Origin: Mustelus asterias
Lineage: Eukaryota
Assembly (NCBI RefSeq): GCF_964213995.1
Contig: NC_135820.1
Span: 124,001 to 188,000 of the forward strand
Direction: 5' to 3'
DNA: 64,000 bases
Shown: one piece after another, positions 1-11,930 of the stretch
How the letters are laid out: each line of letters opens with the position of its first letter
Numbering within the stretch: the stretch's first letter is position 1
Notes under the pieces: model-generated
Database searches by the model: none
What the model saw: the letters and a program-made list of their open reading frames with translations, nothing else
What the model was told of the DNA's origin: nothing
Translations under genes and position numbers: made by a program

Positions 1-3000
1 TGCGGCGCTCCCTCAATACTGACCCTCTGACAGTGAGGCACTCCCTCAGTACTGACCCTCTGACAGTGCGGCGCTCCCTCAATACTGACCCTCTGACAAT
101 GCAACACTCCCTCAGTACTGACCCTCTGACAGTGCGGCACTCCCTCAGTACTGACCCTCTGACAGTGTGGCACTCCCTCAGTACTGACCCTCTGACAGAG
201 CGGTACTCCCTCAGTACTGACCCTCCGACAGTGTGGCACTCCCCCAGCACGGACCCTCTGACAGTGCAGCACTCCCTCAGTACTGACCCTCTGACAATGC
301 GGCACACCTTCAGTACTGACCCTCTGACAGTGCGGCACTCCCTCAGTACTGACCCTCTGACAGTGCGGCACTCCCTCAGTACTGACCCTCTGACAGTGCG
401 GCACTCCCTCAGTACTGACCCTCTGACAGTGCGGCACTCCCTCAGTACTGACCCTCTGACAGTGCGGCACTCCCTCAGAACTGACCCTCTGACAGTGCGG
501 CACTCCCTCAGCACTGACCCTCTGACAGTGCGGCACTCCCTCAGTACTGAACCTCTGACCGTGCGGCACTCCCTCAGTACTGACCCTCTGACAGTGCGGC
601 GCTCCCTCAATACTGACCCTCTGACAGTGCAACACTCCCTCAGCACTGACCCTCTGACAGTGCGGCACTCCCTCAGTACTGACCCTCTGACAATGCAGCG
701 CTCCCTCAGTACTGACCCTCTGACAGTGCGGCGCTCCCTCAATACTGACCCTCTGACAGTGCGGCGCTCCCTCAGTACTGACCCTCTGACAGTGCGGCAC
801 TCCCTCAGTACTGACCCTCTGACAGTGCGGCGCTCCCTCAGCACTGACCCTCTGACAGTGCAGCACTCCCTCAGTACTGATACTCTGACAGTGCGGCGCT
901 CCCTCAGCACTGACCCTCTGACAGTGCAGCACTCCCTCAATACTGACCCTCTGACAGTGCGGCACTCCTTCAGTACTGACCCTCTGACTGTGTGGCACTC
1001 CCTCAGTACAGACCCTCTGACAATGCAGCGCTCCCTCAGTACTGACCCTCTGACTGTGTGGCAGTCCCTCAGTACTGACGCTCTGACAGTGCGGCACTCC
1101 CTCAGTACTGACGCTCTGACAGTGCGGCACTCCCTCAGTCCTGACCCTCTGACAGTGTAGCACTCCCTCAGTACTGACCCTCTGACATTGCAGCGCTCCC
1201 TCAGTACTGACCCTCTGACTGTGTGGCACTCCCTCAGTACTGACCCTCTGACAGTGCAACACTCCCTCAGTACTGACCCTCTGACAGTGCGGCACTCCCT
1301 CAGTACTGACCCTCTGACAGTGCGGCGCTCCCTCAGTACTGACCCTCTGACAGTGCGGCGCTCCCTCAGTACTGACTCTCTGACAGTGCAGCACTCCCTC
1401 AGTACTGACCCTCTGACAGTGCGGCACTCCCTCAGTACTGACCCTCTGACAGTGCAGCACTCCCTCAGTACTGACCCTCTGACAATGCGGCACTCCCTCA
1501 GTACTGACCCTCTGACAATGCGGCACTCCCTCAGTACTGACCCTCTGACAGTGCGGCACTCCCTCAGTACTGACCGTCTGACAGTGCGGCACTCCCTCAG
1601 TACTGACCCTCTGACAGTGCGGCACTCCCTCAGTACTAACCCTCTGACAGTGCGGCACTCCCTCAGTACTGACCCTCTGACAGCACGGCACTCCCTCACT
1701 ACTGACCCTCTGACAGTGCGGCACTCCCTCAGTACTGACCCTCTGACAGTGCAACACTCCCTCAGTACTGACCCTCTGACAGTGCGGCACTCCCTCAGTA
1801 CTGACCCTCTGACAGTGCGGCGCTCCCTCAGCGCTGACCCTCTGACCGTGCGGCACTCCCTCAGTACTGACCCTCTGACAGTGCGGCACTCCCTCAGTAC
1901 TGACCCTCTGACAGTGCAGCACTCCCTCAGTACTGACCCTCTGACAGTGCGGCACTCCCTCAGTACTGACCCTCTGACAGTGCAGCACTCCCTCAGTACT
2001 GACCCTCTGACAATGCAGCACTCCCTCAGTACTGACCCTCAGACAATGCGGCACTCCCTCAGTACTGACCCTCTGACAGTGCGGCACTCCCTCAGTACTG
2101 ACCCTCTGACAGTGCGGCACTCCCTCAGTACTGACCCTCTGACAGTGCGGCACTCCCTCAGTACTGACCCTCTGACAGCGCGGCACTCCCTCAGTACTGA
2201 CCCTCTGACAGCGCGGCACTCCCTCAGTACTGACCCTCTGACAGTGCGGCACTCCCTCAGTACTGACCCTCTGACAGCGCGGCACTCCCTCAGTACTGAC
2301 CCTCTGACAGTGCGGCACTCCCTCAGTACTGACCCTCTGACAGTGCGGCACTCCCTCAGTACTGACCCTCTGACAGTGTGGCACTCCCTCAGTACTGACC
2401 CTCTGACAGCGCAGCACTCCCTCAGTACTGGCTCTCTGACAGTGCCGCCACTCCCTCAGTACTGACCCTCTGACAGTGCGGCACTCCCTCAGTACTGACC
2501 CTCTGACAGCGCAGCACTCCCTCAGTACTGACCCTCTGACAGTGCGGCACTCCCTCAGTGCTGACCCTCTGACAGCGCAGCACTCCCTCAGTACTGACCC
2601 TCTGACGGCGCAGCACTCCCTCAGTACTGACCCTCTGACAGTGCGGCACTCCCTCAGTACTGACCCTCTGACAGTGTGGCACTCCCTCAGTACTGACCCT
2701 CTGACAGCGCAGCACTCCCTCAGTACTGGCTCTCTGACAGTGCCGCCACTCCCTCAGTACTGACCCTCTGACAGTGCGGCACTCCCTCAGTACTGACCCT
2801 CTGACAGCGCAGCACTCCCTCAGTACTGACCCTCTGACAGTGCGGCACTCCCTCAGTACTGACCCTCTGACAGCGCAGCACTCCCTCAGTACTGACCCTC
2901 TGACGGCGCAGCACTCCCTCAGTACTGACCCTCTGACAGTGCAGCACTCCCTCAGTACTGACCCTCTGACAGTGCTGCGCTCCCTCAGTACTGATCCTCT

Positions 3001-3056
3001 GACAGCGCAGCACTCCCTCAGTACTACCCCTTTAACAGTTTACCGCTCCCTCAGTA
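1..3056 (+). repeat. 33-bp minisatellite (CAGTACTGACCCTCTGACAGTGCGGCACTCCCT), about 90+ copies, intronic in Siglec-like gene 1
   Basis: Visible 33-nt periodicity; produces the 11-aa STDPLTVRHSL repeat ORFs. Confidence 0.97.
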
Positions 3057-3192
3057 ATAAACTGGAATGTCTGTCTGGTTTCCCTGCTTTGTGGGGAAGG
3101 GACCAATATTGATATCACACCTTTCACATTCTTACGGTCTCTCAAAATAATTCACAGTCAATGTCAGTTAACTGATCCTGATTTGTTTTTAG

Positions 3193-3474
3193 ATTCACCA
3201 CGGAATCTCTCAATAACGTCTCCTGATATGATTGACTCTTCATGGATCAGTGTAACTGAGGGGAATTCAACAGTGATAATCTGCTCTGTCGAGAGCTTCC
3301 CAGCTTCTAACCTGACCTGGAGACATCTTAATGTCCCAATGAACAGAACAAGTTCCAACAATGAGCTGTGGTTGGTGATTCCTCACGTTACATCCTGGGA
3401 CACTGGAGACTATCAGTGTGTGGCAGAGAATGAACATGGAGCAGTGGAGGGGTCCATCACCATCACTGTGGAAC
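3193..3474 (+). CDS. Siglec-like gene 1, membrane-proximal C2-type Ig exon (phase 1-1)
   Basis: Acceptor ttttag at 3191-92 and donor gtgagt at 3475. Translates to SPRNLS...IICSVESFPASNLTW...DTGDYQCVAENEHG...ITVE (Ig Cys/Trp/DxGxYxC). Paralogous to 53208-53489 with the same 282-nt length. Confidence 0.95.
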
Positions 3475-3688
3475 GTGAGTGTACACAGACTGCAACAACT
3501 CTCCTAATACGAGCAAATTCAAATCTGCAAGGAAAGAGGATTGGCAAAAACACTTTGGTGAATCTGTGTTGCTAACTGTAACAAACAGTTCTGTGGGACG
3601 GAGGAGTCTCTGGCAGGTGTACCGCCACACTGTAGTGCACACACATGGTGAAATATCCATACGCAGGTGCAGAAATAGAAGATACACA

Positions 3689-4104
3689 NNNNNNNNNNNN
3701 NNNNNNNNNNNNNNNNNNNNNNNNNNNNNNNNNNNNNNNNNNNNNNNNNNNNNNNNNNNNNNNNNNNNNNNNNNNNNNNNNNNNNNNNNNNNNNNNNNNN
3801 NNNNNNNNNNNNNNNNNNNNNNNNNNNNNNNNNNNNNNNNNNNNNNNNNNNNNNNNNNNNNNNNNNNNNNNNNNNNNNNNNNNNNANNNNNNNNNNNNNN
3901 NNNNNNNNNNNNNNNNNNNNNNNNNNNNNNNNNNNNNNNNNNNNNNNNNNNNNNNNNNNNNNNNNNNNNNNNNNNNNNNNNNNNNNNNNNNNNNNNNNNN
4001 NNNNNNNNNNNNNNNNNNNNNNNNNNNNNNNNNNNNNNNNNNNNNNNNNNNNNNNNNNNNNNNNNNNNNNNNNNNNNNNNNNNNNNNNNNNNNNNNNNNN
4101 NNNN
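3689..4104. other. Assembly gap (N run)
   Basis: Run of N with CA-rich flanks. Confidence 0.99.
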
Positions 4105-4186
4105 GCACACACCACATGGAGACATTGTGTGGAAATTTACTGGATTTTTTCTCAATGTCCAGCTCGTGTGAAAAATGTTTTTACAG

Positions 4187-4283
4187 GTCGAGTTTCCAAT
4201 GAATGGAAAGCAGGACTGCTTGGAGCTGGGATCTCATTGTGTGTTGGACTGAGTGGACTCTTCATCTTCCAGTGTGTGAGAAA
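4187..4283 (+). CDS. Siglec-like gene 1, transmembrane exon (phase 1-2)
   Basis: Acceptor tttttacag and donor gtaagt. In frame with the upstream exon: RRVSNEWKAGLLGAGISLCVGLSGLFIFQCVRK. Paralog of the same length at 63082-63178. Confidence 0.92.
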
Positions 4284-4929
4284 GTAAGTGCGAGGGTTCA
4301 ATTTGCTGTTCATCAACATCCTCAGCTCAAACCTCTCTCCTTCCAAGAAGAAGCGGAATTTCTGCCTCACCTTTCACAAGCTCACGGGGAAGTAAATACT
4401 TTTGGAAGTGTGGTGATGAGTGATTCATTCCAGCTGTGGTCCTGGCATTAGGATTTCACACACATACTTTTTCTCTTTCTCTTCGCCTGTCTCATTCACT
4501 CTCTCCTTGCTTCCCCCCCTCCTCTACTTCTCACCCACTCTCTTCCACCCTTTCTTGCACGATCTCCAATCCCTGATATCATAACACCTTACGTTACAGG
4601 AACAGAATTAAGCCATTCGCCCATCGAGTCTCATTCAATCATGGCTGATGTGATTCACATCCCCATTCTCCTGCCTTCTCCCCGTAACCCTTGATCCCCT
4701 TATTGATCAAGAATCTATCTGTCTCTGTCTTAAAGACACTCAATGACCTGACCTCCACAGATGAGTTCCACAGAGTTCCTGGCAATGAGTCCCACAGATT
4801 TACCACCCTCTGGCTGAAGAAATTCCTCCTCATCTTAGTTTTAAAGGAGCGTCTCTTCACGCTGAGCTTGTGCGCATGAGTTCTAGTCTTTCCCACTAGT
4901 GGAAACATCCTCTCCACGTCCACTTTTTA

Positions 4930-5282
4930 GGGAAGGCGATGGCCTAGTGGTATTATCGCCAGACTATTAATCCAGTAACTTAGCTAATGTGCTGGGGAAT
5001 CCCACCACGGCAGATGGTGGAATTTGAATTCAATAAAAAATATCTGGAATTAAGAATCTACTGATGACATGAAACCATTGTCAGTTGTCGGAAAAAAACA
5101 TCTGGTTCACTAATGTCCTTTAGAGAGGGAAATCTGCCGTCCTTACCTGGTCTGGCCTACATGTGACACCAGATCCACAGCAATGTGGTTGACTCTCAAC
5201 TACCCTCCAAAGGCAACTAGGGATGGACAATAAATGCTGGCCAGCCAGTGACACCCATATCCCATGAATGAATTAAAAAAAC
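4930..5282 (+). mobile_element. tRNA-headed SINE (resembles Deu-domain/SacSINE1-type shark SINE)
   Basis: A-box-like tggcctagtgg head, core shared with 14915-15018/21290-21490, and an A-rich tail (gaatgaattaaaaaaa). Family name is from memory, not a database search. Confidence 0.7.
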
Positions 5283-5971
5283 ACTCGATCCGGGCCTCTC
5301 AGTATTCTGTAAGTTTCAATTAGATCCCCCCTCATCCTTCTAAACTCCATCAAGTACAGACCCAGACTCCTCTACCGCTCCTCATACGACAAACCCTTCA
5401 TTCCTGGGATCATTCTTGTGGATATCCTCCGACCCCCTCAAAGGCCAGCACATCCTCCCTTAGGTATGGGGCCCAAAACTGCTCACAATACTCCAAATGG
5501 GGTCTGACCAGAGCCTTATACAGCCTCAGAAGTACATCCCTGCCGACTGAACCTGCACATTAACCTGAAGAGAGTCCTGAACCAGGACTCCCAAGTCCCT
5601 TTGTGCTTCAGATTTCCGAAGCCTTTCCCCATTTAGAAAATAGTCTACGCCTCTATTCTTCCGACCAAAGTGCATAAGCTCACACTTTCCCACATTGTAT
5701 TCAATCTGCCACTTCTTTGCCCACTCTCTTAGCCTGTCCAAGTCATTCTGCAGCCTCCCCACTTCTACATATCTTTGTATCATCTGCAAATTTAGCAACC
5801 ATGCCCTCAGTCCCATCTTCCAGATCATTCGTGTATACAGTGAAAAGTTGTGATCCCAACACTGACCCCTGTGGAACACCACTAGTCACCAGTTGCCATC
5901 CTGAAAAGGACCCCCTTATCCCCACTCTCTGCCTTCTGCCTTTTAGCCAATCTTTTATCCATGCCAGTAGC

Positions 5972-6262
5972 TTTGATTTGCTTTGATTTATTTGATTTGA
6001 TTTATTATTGTCACATGTATTGGGATACAGTGAAAAGTATTGTTTCTTGCATGCTATATAAAGCATACCGTTCATAGAGAAGGAAATGAGAGAGTGCAGG
6101 AAGTAGTGTTACAGTCATAGCTAGGGTGTCGCGACTTAATGCAAGGTAGGTCCATTCAAAGATTTGATGGAAGCAGGGAAGAAGCTGTTCTTGAGTCGGT
6201 TGGTACGTAACCTCAGACTTTTGTATCTTTTTCCTGACGGGGAAGGTGGAAGAGAGAATATC
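5972..6262 (-). mobile_element. Rex1/Babar LINE 3' fragment
   Basis: (ATCAA)n tail on minus strand; matches the 3' end of 22390-23797 (SGKRYKSLR..TNRLKNSFFP). Confidence 0.85.
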
Positions 6263-7348
6263 TGGGGCGCCTTGCCTCTAACACCATTGGCTCTTCGAGT
6301 ATTTAGCAGCCTCCTGTAAGGCACCTTGTCAAAGGGTTTCTGGAAATCCAAATAAATCACATCTACTGGCTCTCTATTGTCTAACGTCTTCATTACCTCC
6401 TCAAGGAATTCTAACAGATTTGTCAGACATAACCTCCCCTTGACGAAGCCATGCTGACTCAGCTCTATTTTACATACACTTCCAAGTACTCCACAATTTC
6501 ATCCTTAATAATGGACTCCAAGATCCAACCCAAACTGAGGTCAGGCTAACTGGCCTATAAGTTCCCATCTTCTGCCTCCCTCCCTTCTTAAACAGGTGTT
6601 ACATTAGCCTTTTTCCAGTCCTCTGGGACCCTCCCTGACTCCAGTGATTCTTGAAAGATCACCACCAATGCCTCCACAATCTCCTCAGCTATCTCCTCCA
6701 GAACCCTGGGGTGTAGTCCATCCGGTCCGGGTGATTGATCCACCTTCAGACGTTTCAGCTTCCCTCGCACCTTCTCCTTAGTGATGGTCACTACCATCAG
6801 TTCTGACATGTTACTGGTGTCTTCCACCGTGAAGACTGATACAAAGTGCCCATTCTGTTCCTCTGCCATTTCTTTGTCCCCACATTACTACCTCTCCAGC
6901 CTCATTTTCCAGCGGTCCAATGTCCATTCTAGTCTTTCTCTTACCTTTTATATACCTAAAGAAAATCTTGCAATCTTCTTTTATATTACTAGCTAGCTTA
7001 CAATCATATTTCATCTTCTCTACCCTTATTGCTTTTTTAAAGTTGTCCTCTGCCTGCTTTTAAAGGCTTCCCAAGCCTCTGGCTTCCCACTAATCCTCAC
7101 CACTTTGCATGCTTTTCCTTTTGCCTTTATGCTGTCCCTGACTTCCCTTGTCAGCCATGGCTGCCTCGTCCTCCCCTTAACATGCTTTCTCTTAGAATTA
7201 ATTTATGTTGTGCCTCCTGAATTATTCCCAAACACTCCTGCCATTGCTGTTCCACAGTCTTTTCTGCTAGGCTCCTTTTCCGATCAAATCTGGCCAGCTC
7301 CTCCCTCATGGCCGTTTAGTTTTCTTTACTCAATTGTAGCACCGTTAC

Positions 7349-8236
7349 AGGTAGTATTGAGGAAGCAGGGGGCTGCAGAAGAACGTGGACAGACTAGGAG
7401 AGTGGACAAAGAGGTGGCAGATGGAATATAATGTGGAAAAGTGTGAGGTTATGCAGTTTGGAAGGAGGAATGGAGGCATAGACTATTTTCTAAATGGGAA
7501 AATGCTAAGGAAATCAGAAGCACAAAGGAACTTGGAGACCTTGTTTAAGATTCTCTTAAAGTTAACGTGCAGGTTCAGTCGGTAGTTAGGAAGGCAAATG
7601 CAATGTTAGCATTCATGTCAAGAGGGCTAGAATACAAGAGCAGGGATGGACTTCTGAGGCTGCATAGGGCTCTGGTCAGACCCCATTTGGAGTATTGTGA
7701 GCAGTTTTGGGCCCCGTATTTAAGGAAGGATGTGCTGGCCTTGGAAAGAGTCCAGAGGAGGTTCACAAGAATGATCCCTGGAATGAAGAGCTTGTCGTAT
7801 GAGGAACAGTTGAGGATTCTGGGTCTGTACTCGTTGGAGTTTAGAAGGATGAGGGGGGATCTGATTGAGACTTTAGGATATTGCGAGGCCGGGATAGAGT
7901 GGACATGGGGAGGATGTTTCCATTCGTAGGAAAAACTAGAACCAGAGGGCACAACCTCAGGCTAAAGGGACGATCCTTTAAAACACAGGAGAGGAGGAAT
8001 TTCTTCAGCCAGAGAGTGGTGAATCTGTGGAACTCTTTGCCGCAGAAGATTGTGGAGGTTAGGTCATTGAGTGTCTTTAAGACAGAGATAGATAGGTTTT
8101 TGATTAATAAGGGGATCAGGGATTATGGGGAAAAGGCAGGAGAAAGGGGATGAGAAAAATATCAGCCATGATTGAATGGCGGAGTAGACTCGATGGGCTG
8201 AGTAGCCTCATTCTGCTCCTATGTCTTATGGTCTTC
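7349..8236 (+). mobile_element. 5'-truncated CR1 LINE
   Basis: ORF pieces RPHLEYC..LERVQRRFTRMIPG..RRNFFSQRVV; 3' tail ctcctatgtcttatggtctt. Confidence 0.9.
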
Positions 8237-9336
8237 TGGTTCTTTCCGATTCCAACGTCTCCCTCTCAAACTGCAAGGTGAATTCTATCATATTATGGTC
8301 ACTGCCTCCTGGGGGTTCCTTCACCTTAAGTTCCCTGATCAAGTCGGCCTTATTACACATCACCAGATCCAGAAGTGCTTGCTCTGTAGTGGGTTCTGTC
8401 ACAAGCTGCTCAAAAACCATCCGGTAGAAACTCCACACATCTTTATCTTGGGGTTCGCTACCAGCTTGATTTTCCCAATCCACCCGCATATTGAAATCCC
8501 CCAAGATTGCTGTAATATTGCCTTTCTTACATGCCTTTTCCATCTCCTGATTTATTTTCTGTCCGATATCCTGACTGCTGCAAGGGGGCCTGTACATAAC
8601 TCCCATCAGGATCTTTTCTCCATTGCGATTCCTCGACTCTACCCACACAGGTTCTACGCCGTCCGACCCAATACCACTTCTTGCTAATGATTTAATTTTG
8701 TTTCTTGCCAACAAGGCAGCCTCGCCTCCTTTACCCATCTGCCTCTCCTTTCGATAGGACACATATCCTTGGATATTCAGATCCCACCTCTGATCCTCCT
8801 GCAGCCATGTCTCTGTGATGCCCACAGCAACATACCCACCAAATACAAGGTGTGCTTCCAGCTCATTTGCCTTGTTCTGTATACTGTGTGTATTTAGGTG
8901 CAGCACCCTCAGTGCTGTGTTGACTGTCCCCCTTCCCATAGTTGTCCCTTTACCTGCTGTGCCTGAAGCTTTATTCCTGCCAATTTCCCCACGCTCCACT
9001 CTATGACTAGTTCTGGAAACTTTACTAACTTTGACCAAGCCTTGCCCCCATTAACGAGTTTAAAGTCCTTGTGACTTGCCTGTTTAGCCTTTCCAAGAGT
9101 CCTGAGCAATATCTTCTCCTTCAGAGGATCCACTTCAGCCTCTGGAGTGTGACTGAACAACAACTGCCCAACTTTACACTGGAATCCTGACACTGCGTCA
9201 GGACACAAAGGGATAACAGCCTGACTATAAAAATGATAAAACCATTATTTGAAACGAGATGGTGCTTCCCCATTTGATCCCCAATTCCTAATTTGCCTCA
9301 CAGTGATATATGAACTCTTTCTAATTAAATACACAG

Positions 9337-9421
9337 AAGGTGCAGCTCAGAGAGAGAACATTCAGTCCCTGCAGAGCATGTCGGCAGTGACTCCCCAGGC
9401 AAGCACTCAGACATTCCCCGG
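9337..9421 (+). CDS. Putative 85-nt cytoplasmic exon of Siglec-like gene 1
   Basis: acacag acceptor and strong gtaagt donor. The 85-nt length bridges the TM exon (phase 2) to the terminal exon (phase 0) with no stop (KRCSSEREHSVPAEHVGSDSPGKHSDIPR). Homologous copy at 27802-27886. The pyrimidine tract is weak and the reading frame is uncertain. Confidence 0.55.
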
Positions 9422-9599
9422 GTAAGTAACATAAGGATTGGAAATTACTTCCATGACCAATGCAAAAAAACAGAAACTGTATTCTCGGGAGTGCAAAGAC
9501 CAGAACAAAGCGGCAGAAACTTAAAATTCAGGCCAGGCTGAATACGGGTGATGTCAGGAAACACTTCTTCACACAAACGGGAGTGGAAATCTGGAACTA

Positions 9600-11930
9600 C
9601 AACCCCCAACTCCATTCAGTTTCAATGATCAAACCCCGTTCAGTATCAATAATCAAACCCCATTCAGTATCAATAATCAAACCCCATTCAGTATCAATAA
9701 TCAAACCCCATTCAGTATCAATAATCAAACCCCGTTCAGTATCAATAATCAAACCCCGTTCAGTATCAATAATCAAACCCCATTCAGTATCAATAATCAA
9801 ACCCCGTTCAGTATCAATAATCAAACCCCATTCAGTATCAATAATCAAACCCCGTTCGGTATCAATAATCAAACCCCGTTCGGTATCAATAATCAGACCT
9901 GTTCCAGTATCAATAATCAAACACTGTTCAGTTTCAATAATCAGACCCCATTCAGTATCAATAATCAAACCCCATCCAGTATCAATAATCAAACCCCGTT
10001 CAGTATCAATAATCAAACTCAGTTCAGTATCAATAATCAAACCCCGTCCAGTATCAATAATCAAACCCCGTTCAGTATCAATAATCAAACCCCATCCAGT
10101 ATCAATAATCAAACCCCGTTCAGTATCAATAATCAAACTCAGTTCAGTATCAATAATCAAACCCCGTCCAGTATCAATAATCAAACCCCGTTCAGTATCA
10201 ATAATCAAACCCCGTTCAGTGTCAATCATCAAACCCTGTTCAGTGTCAATAATCAAACCCCGTCCAGTATCAATAATCAAACCCCGTTCGGTATCAATAA
10301 TCAAACCCCGTTCGGTGTCAATAATCAAACCCCGTTCAGTATCAATAATCAAACCCCGTTCAGGATCAATAATCAAACCCCGCTCAGTGTCAATAATCAA
10401 ACCCCGTTCAGTATCAATCATCAAACCCCGTTCAGTGTCAATCATCAAACCCCGTTCAGTGTCAATAATCAAACCCCATCCAGTATCAATAATCAAACCC
10501 CGTTCAGCATCAATAATCAAACCCCGTTCAGTGTCAATAATCAAACCCCGTTCAGTATCAATAATCAAACCCCGTTCAGTGTCAATCATCAAACCCCGTT
10601 CAGTGTCAATAATCAAACCCCGTCCAGTATCAATAATCAAACCCCGTTCGGTATCAATAATCAAACCCCGTTCAGTGTCAATAATCAAACCCCGTTCAGT
10701 GTCAATAATCAAACCCTGTTCAGTGTCAATAATCAAACCCCGTTCAGTGTCAATAATCAAACGCCGTTCAGTATCAATAATCAAACCCCGTTCAGGATCA
10801 ATAATCAAACCCCGCTCAGTGTCAATAATCAAACCCCGTTCAGTGTCAATAATCAAACCCCGTTCAGGATCAATAATCAAACCCCGCTCAGTGTCAATAA
10901 TCAAACCCCGTTCAGTATCAATCATCAAACCCTGTTCAGTGTCAATCATCAAACCCCGTTCAGTATCAATAATCAAACCCCATCCAGTATCAATAATCAA
11001 ACCCCGTTCAGCATCAATAATCAAACCCCGTTCAGTGTCAATAATCAAACCCCGTTCAGTATCAATAATCAAACCCCGTTCAGTGTCAATCATCAAACCC
11101 CGTTCAGTGTCAATAATCAAACCCCGTCCAGTATCAATAATCAAACCCCGTTCGGTATCAATAATCAAACCCCGTTCGGTGTCAATAATCAAACCCCGTT
11201 CAGTATCAATAATCAAACCCCGTTCAGGATCAATAATCAAACCCCGCTCAGTGTCAATAATCAAACCCCGTTCAGTATCAATCATCAAACCCTGTTCAGT
11301 GTCAATCATCAAACCCCGTTCAGTATCAATAATCAAACCCCATCCAGTATCAATAATCAAACCCCGTTCAGCATCAATAATCAAACCCCGTTCAGTGTCA
11401 ATAATCAAACCCCGTTCAGTATCAATAATCAAACCCCGTTCAGTGTCAATCATCAAACCCCGTTCAGTGTCAATAATCAAACCCCGTCCAGTATCAATAA
11501 TCAAACCCCGTTCGGTATCAATAATCAAACCCCGTTCGGTGTCAATAATCAAACCCCGTTCAGTATCAATAATCAAACCCCGTTCAGGATCAATAATCAA
11601 ACCCCGCTCAGTGTCAATAATCAAACCCCGTTCAGTATCAATCATCAAACCCTGTTCAGTGCCAATCATCAAACCCCGTTCAGTATCAATAATCAAACCC
11701 CATCCAGTATCAATAATCAAACCCCGTTCAGCATCAATAATCAAACCCCGTTCAGTGTCAATAATCAAACCCCGTTCAGTATCAATAATCAAACCCCGTT
11801 CAGTGTCAATCATCAAACCCCGTTCAGTGTCAATAATCAAACCCCGTTCAGTGTCAATAATCAAACCCCGTTCAGTGTCAATAATCAAACCCCGTTCAGT
11901 GTCAATAATCAAACCCCGTTCAGTATCGAT
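9600..11930. repeat. 24-bp minisatellite (ATAATCAAACCCCGTTCAGTATCA), about 97 copies, with 360-bp higher-order repeat
   Basis: 8-aa IIKPRSVS periodic ORF; identical variant patterns restart at 10861, 11221 and 11581. Confidence 0.97.

Larger units (their letters stand above)
4590..9070 (-). mobile_element. Decayed CR1/HER1-type LINE interrupted by SINE, Rex1 and an opposite-strand CR1
   Basis: Minus-strand ORF fragments with APE (VAVGITETW, GDFN, SDH), [19 protein letters not shown] and the RGH..RRNFFSQRVV C-terminus. Confidence 0.88.

Noticed and set aside
33-3112. Long STDPLTVRHSL repeat ORFs (also 28104-29862 and 52507-53131)
   Set aside because: Translation of a stop-poor 33-bp intronic minisatellite; no splice or start context
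3463-4202. ORFs spanning the N run
   Set aside because: Artefacts of the assembly gap; a hidden exon in the gap cannot be excluded but is unsupported
4205-4212. Lys in WKAG of gene 1 as a DAP12-binding TM residue
   Set aside because: Lies at the outer membrane boundary, not mid-helix; Ile in gene 2
4348-4391. Possible 44-nt micro-exon (phase 2 to 1) that would feed the 85-nt exon in its better-conserved frame
   Set aside because: Needs a 64-70 nt intron and a weak gtaaat donor, and no counterpart is seen after the gene 2 TM exon; left uncalled
9125-9146. Possible 22-nt micro-exon after a good acceptor (atcttctccttcag)
   Set aside because: Donor gtgtga is weak and there is no paralog support
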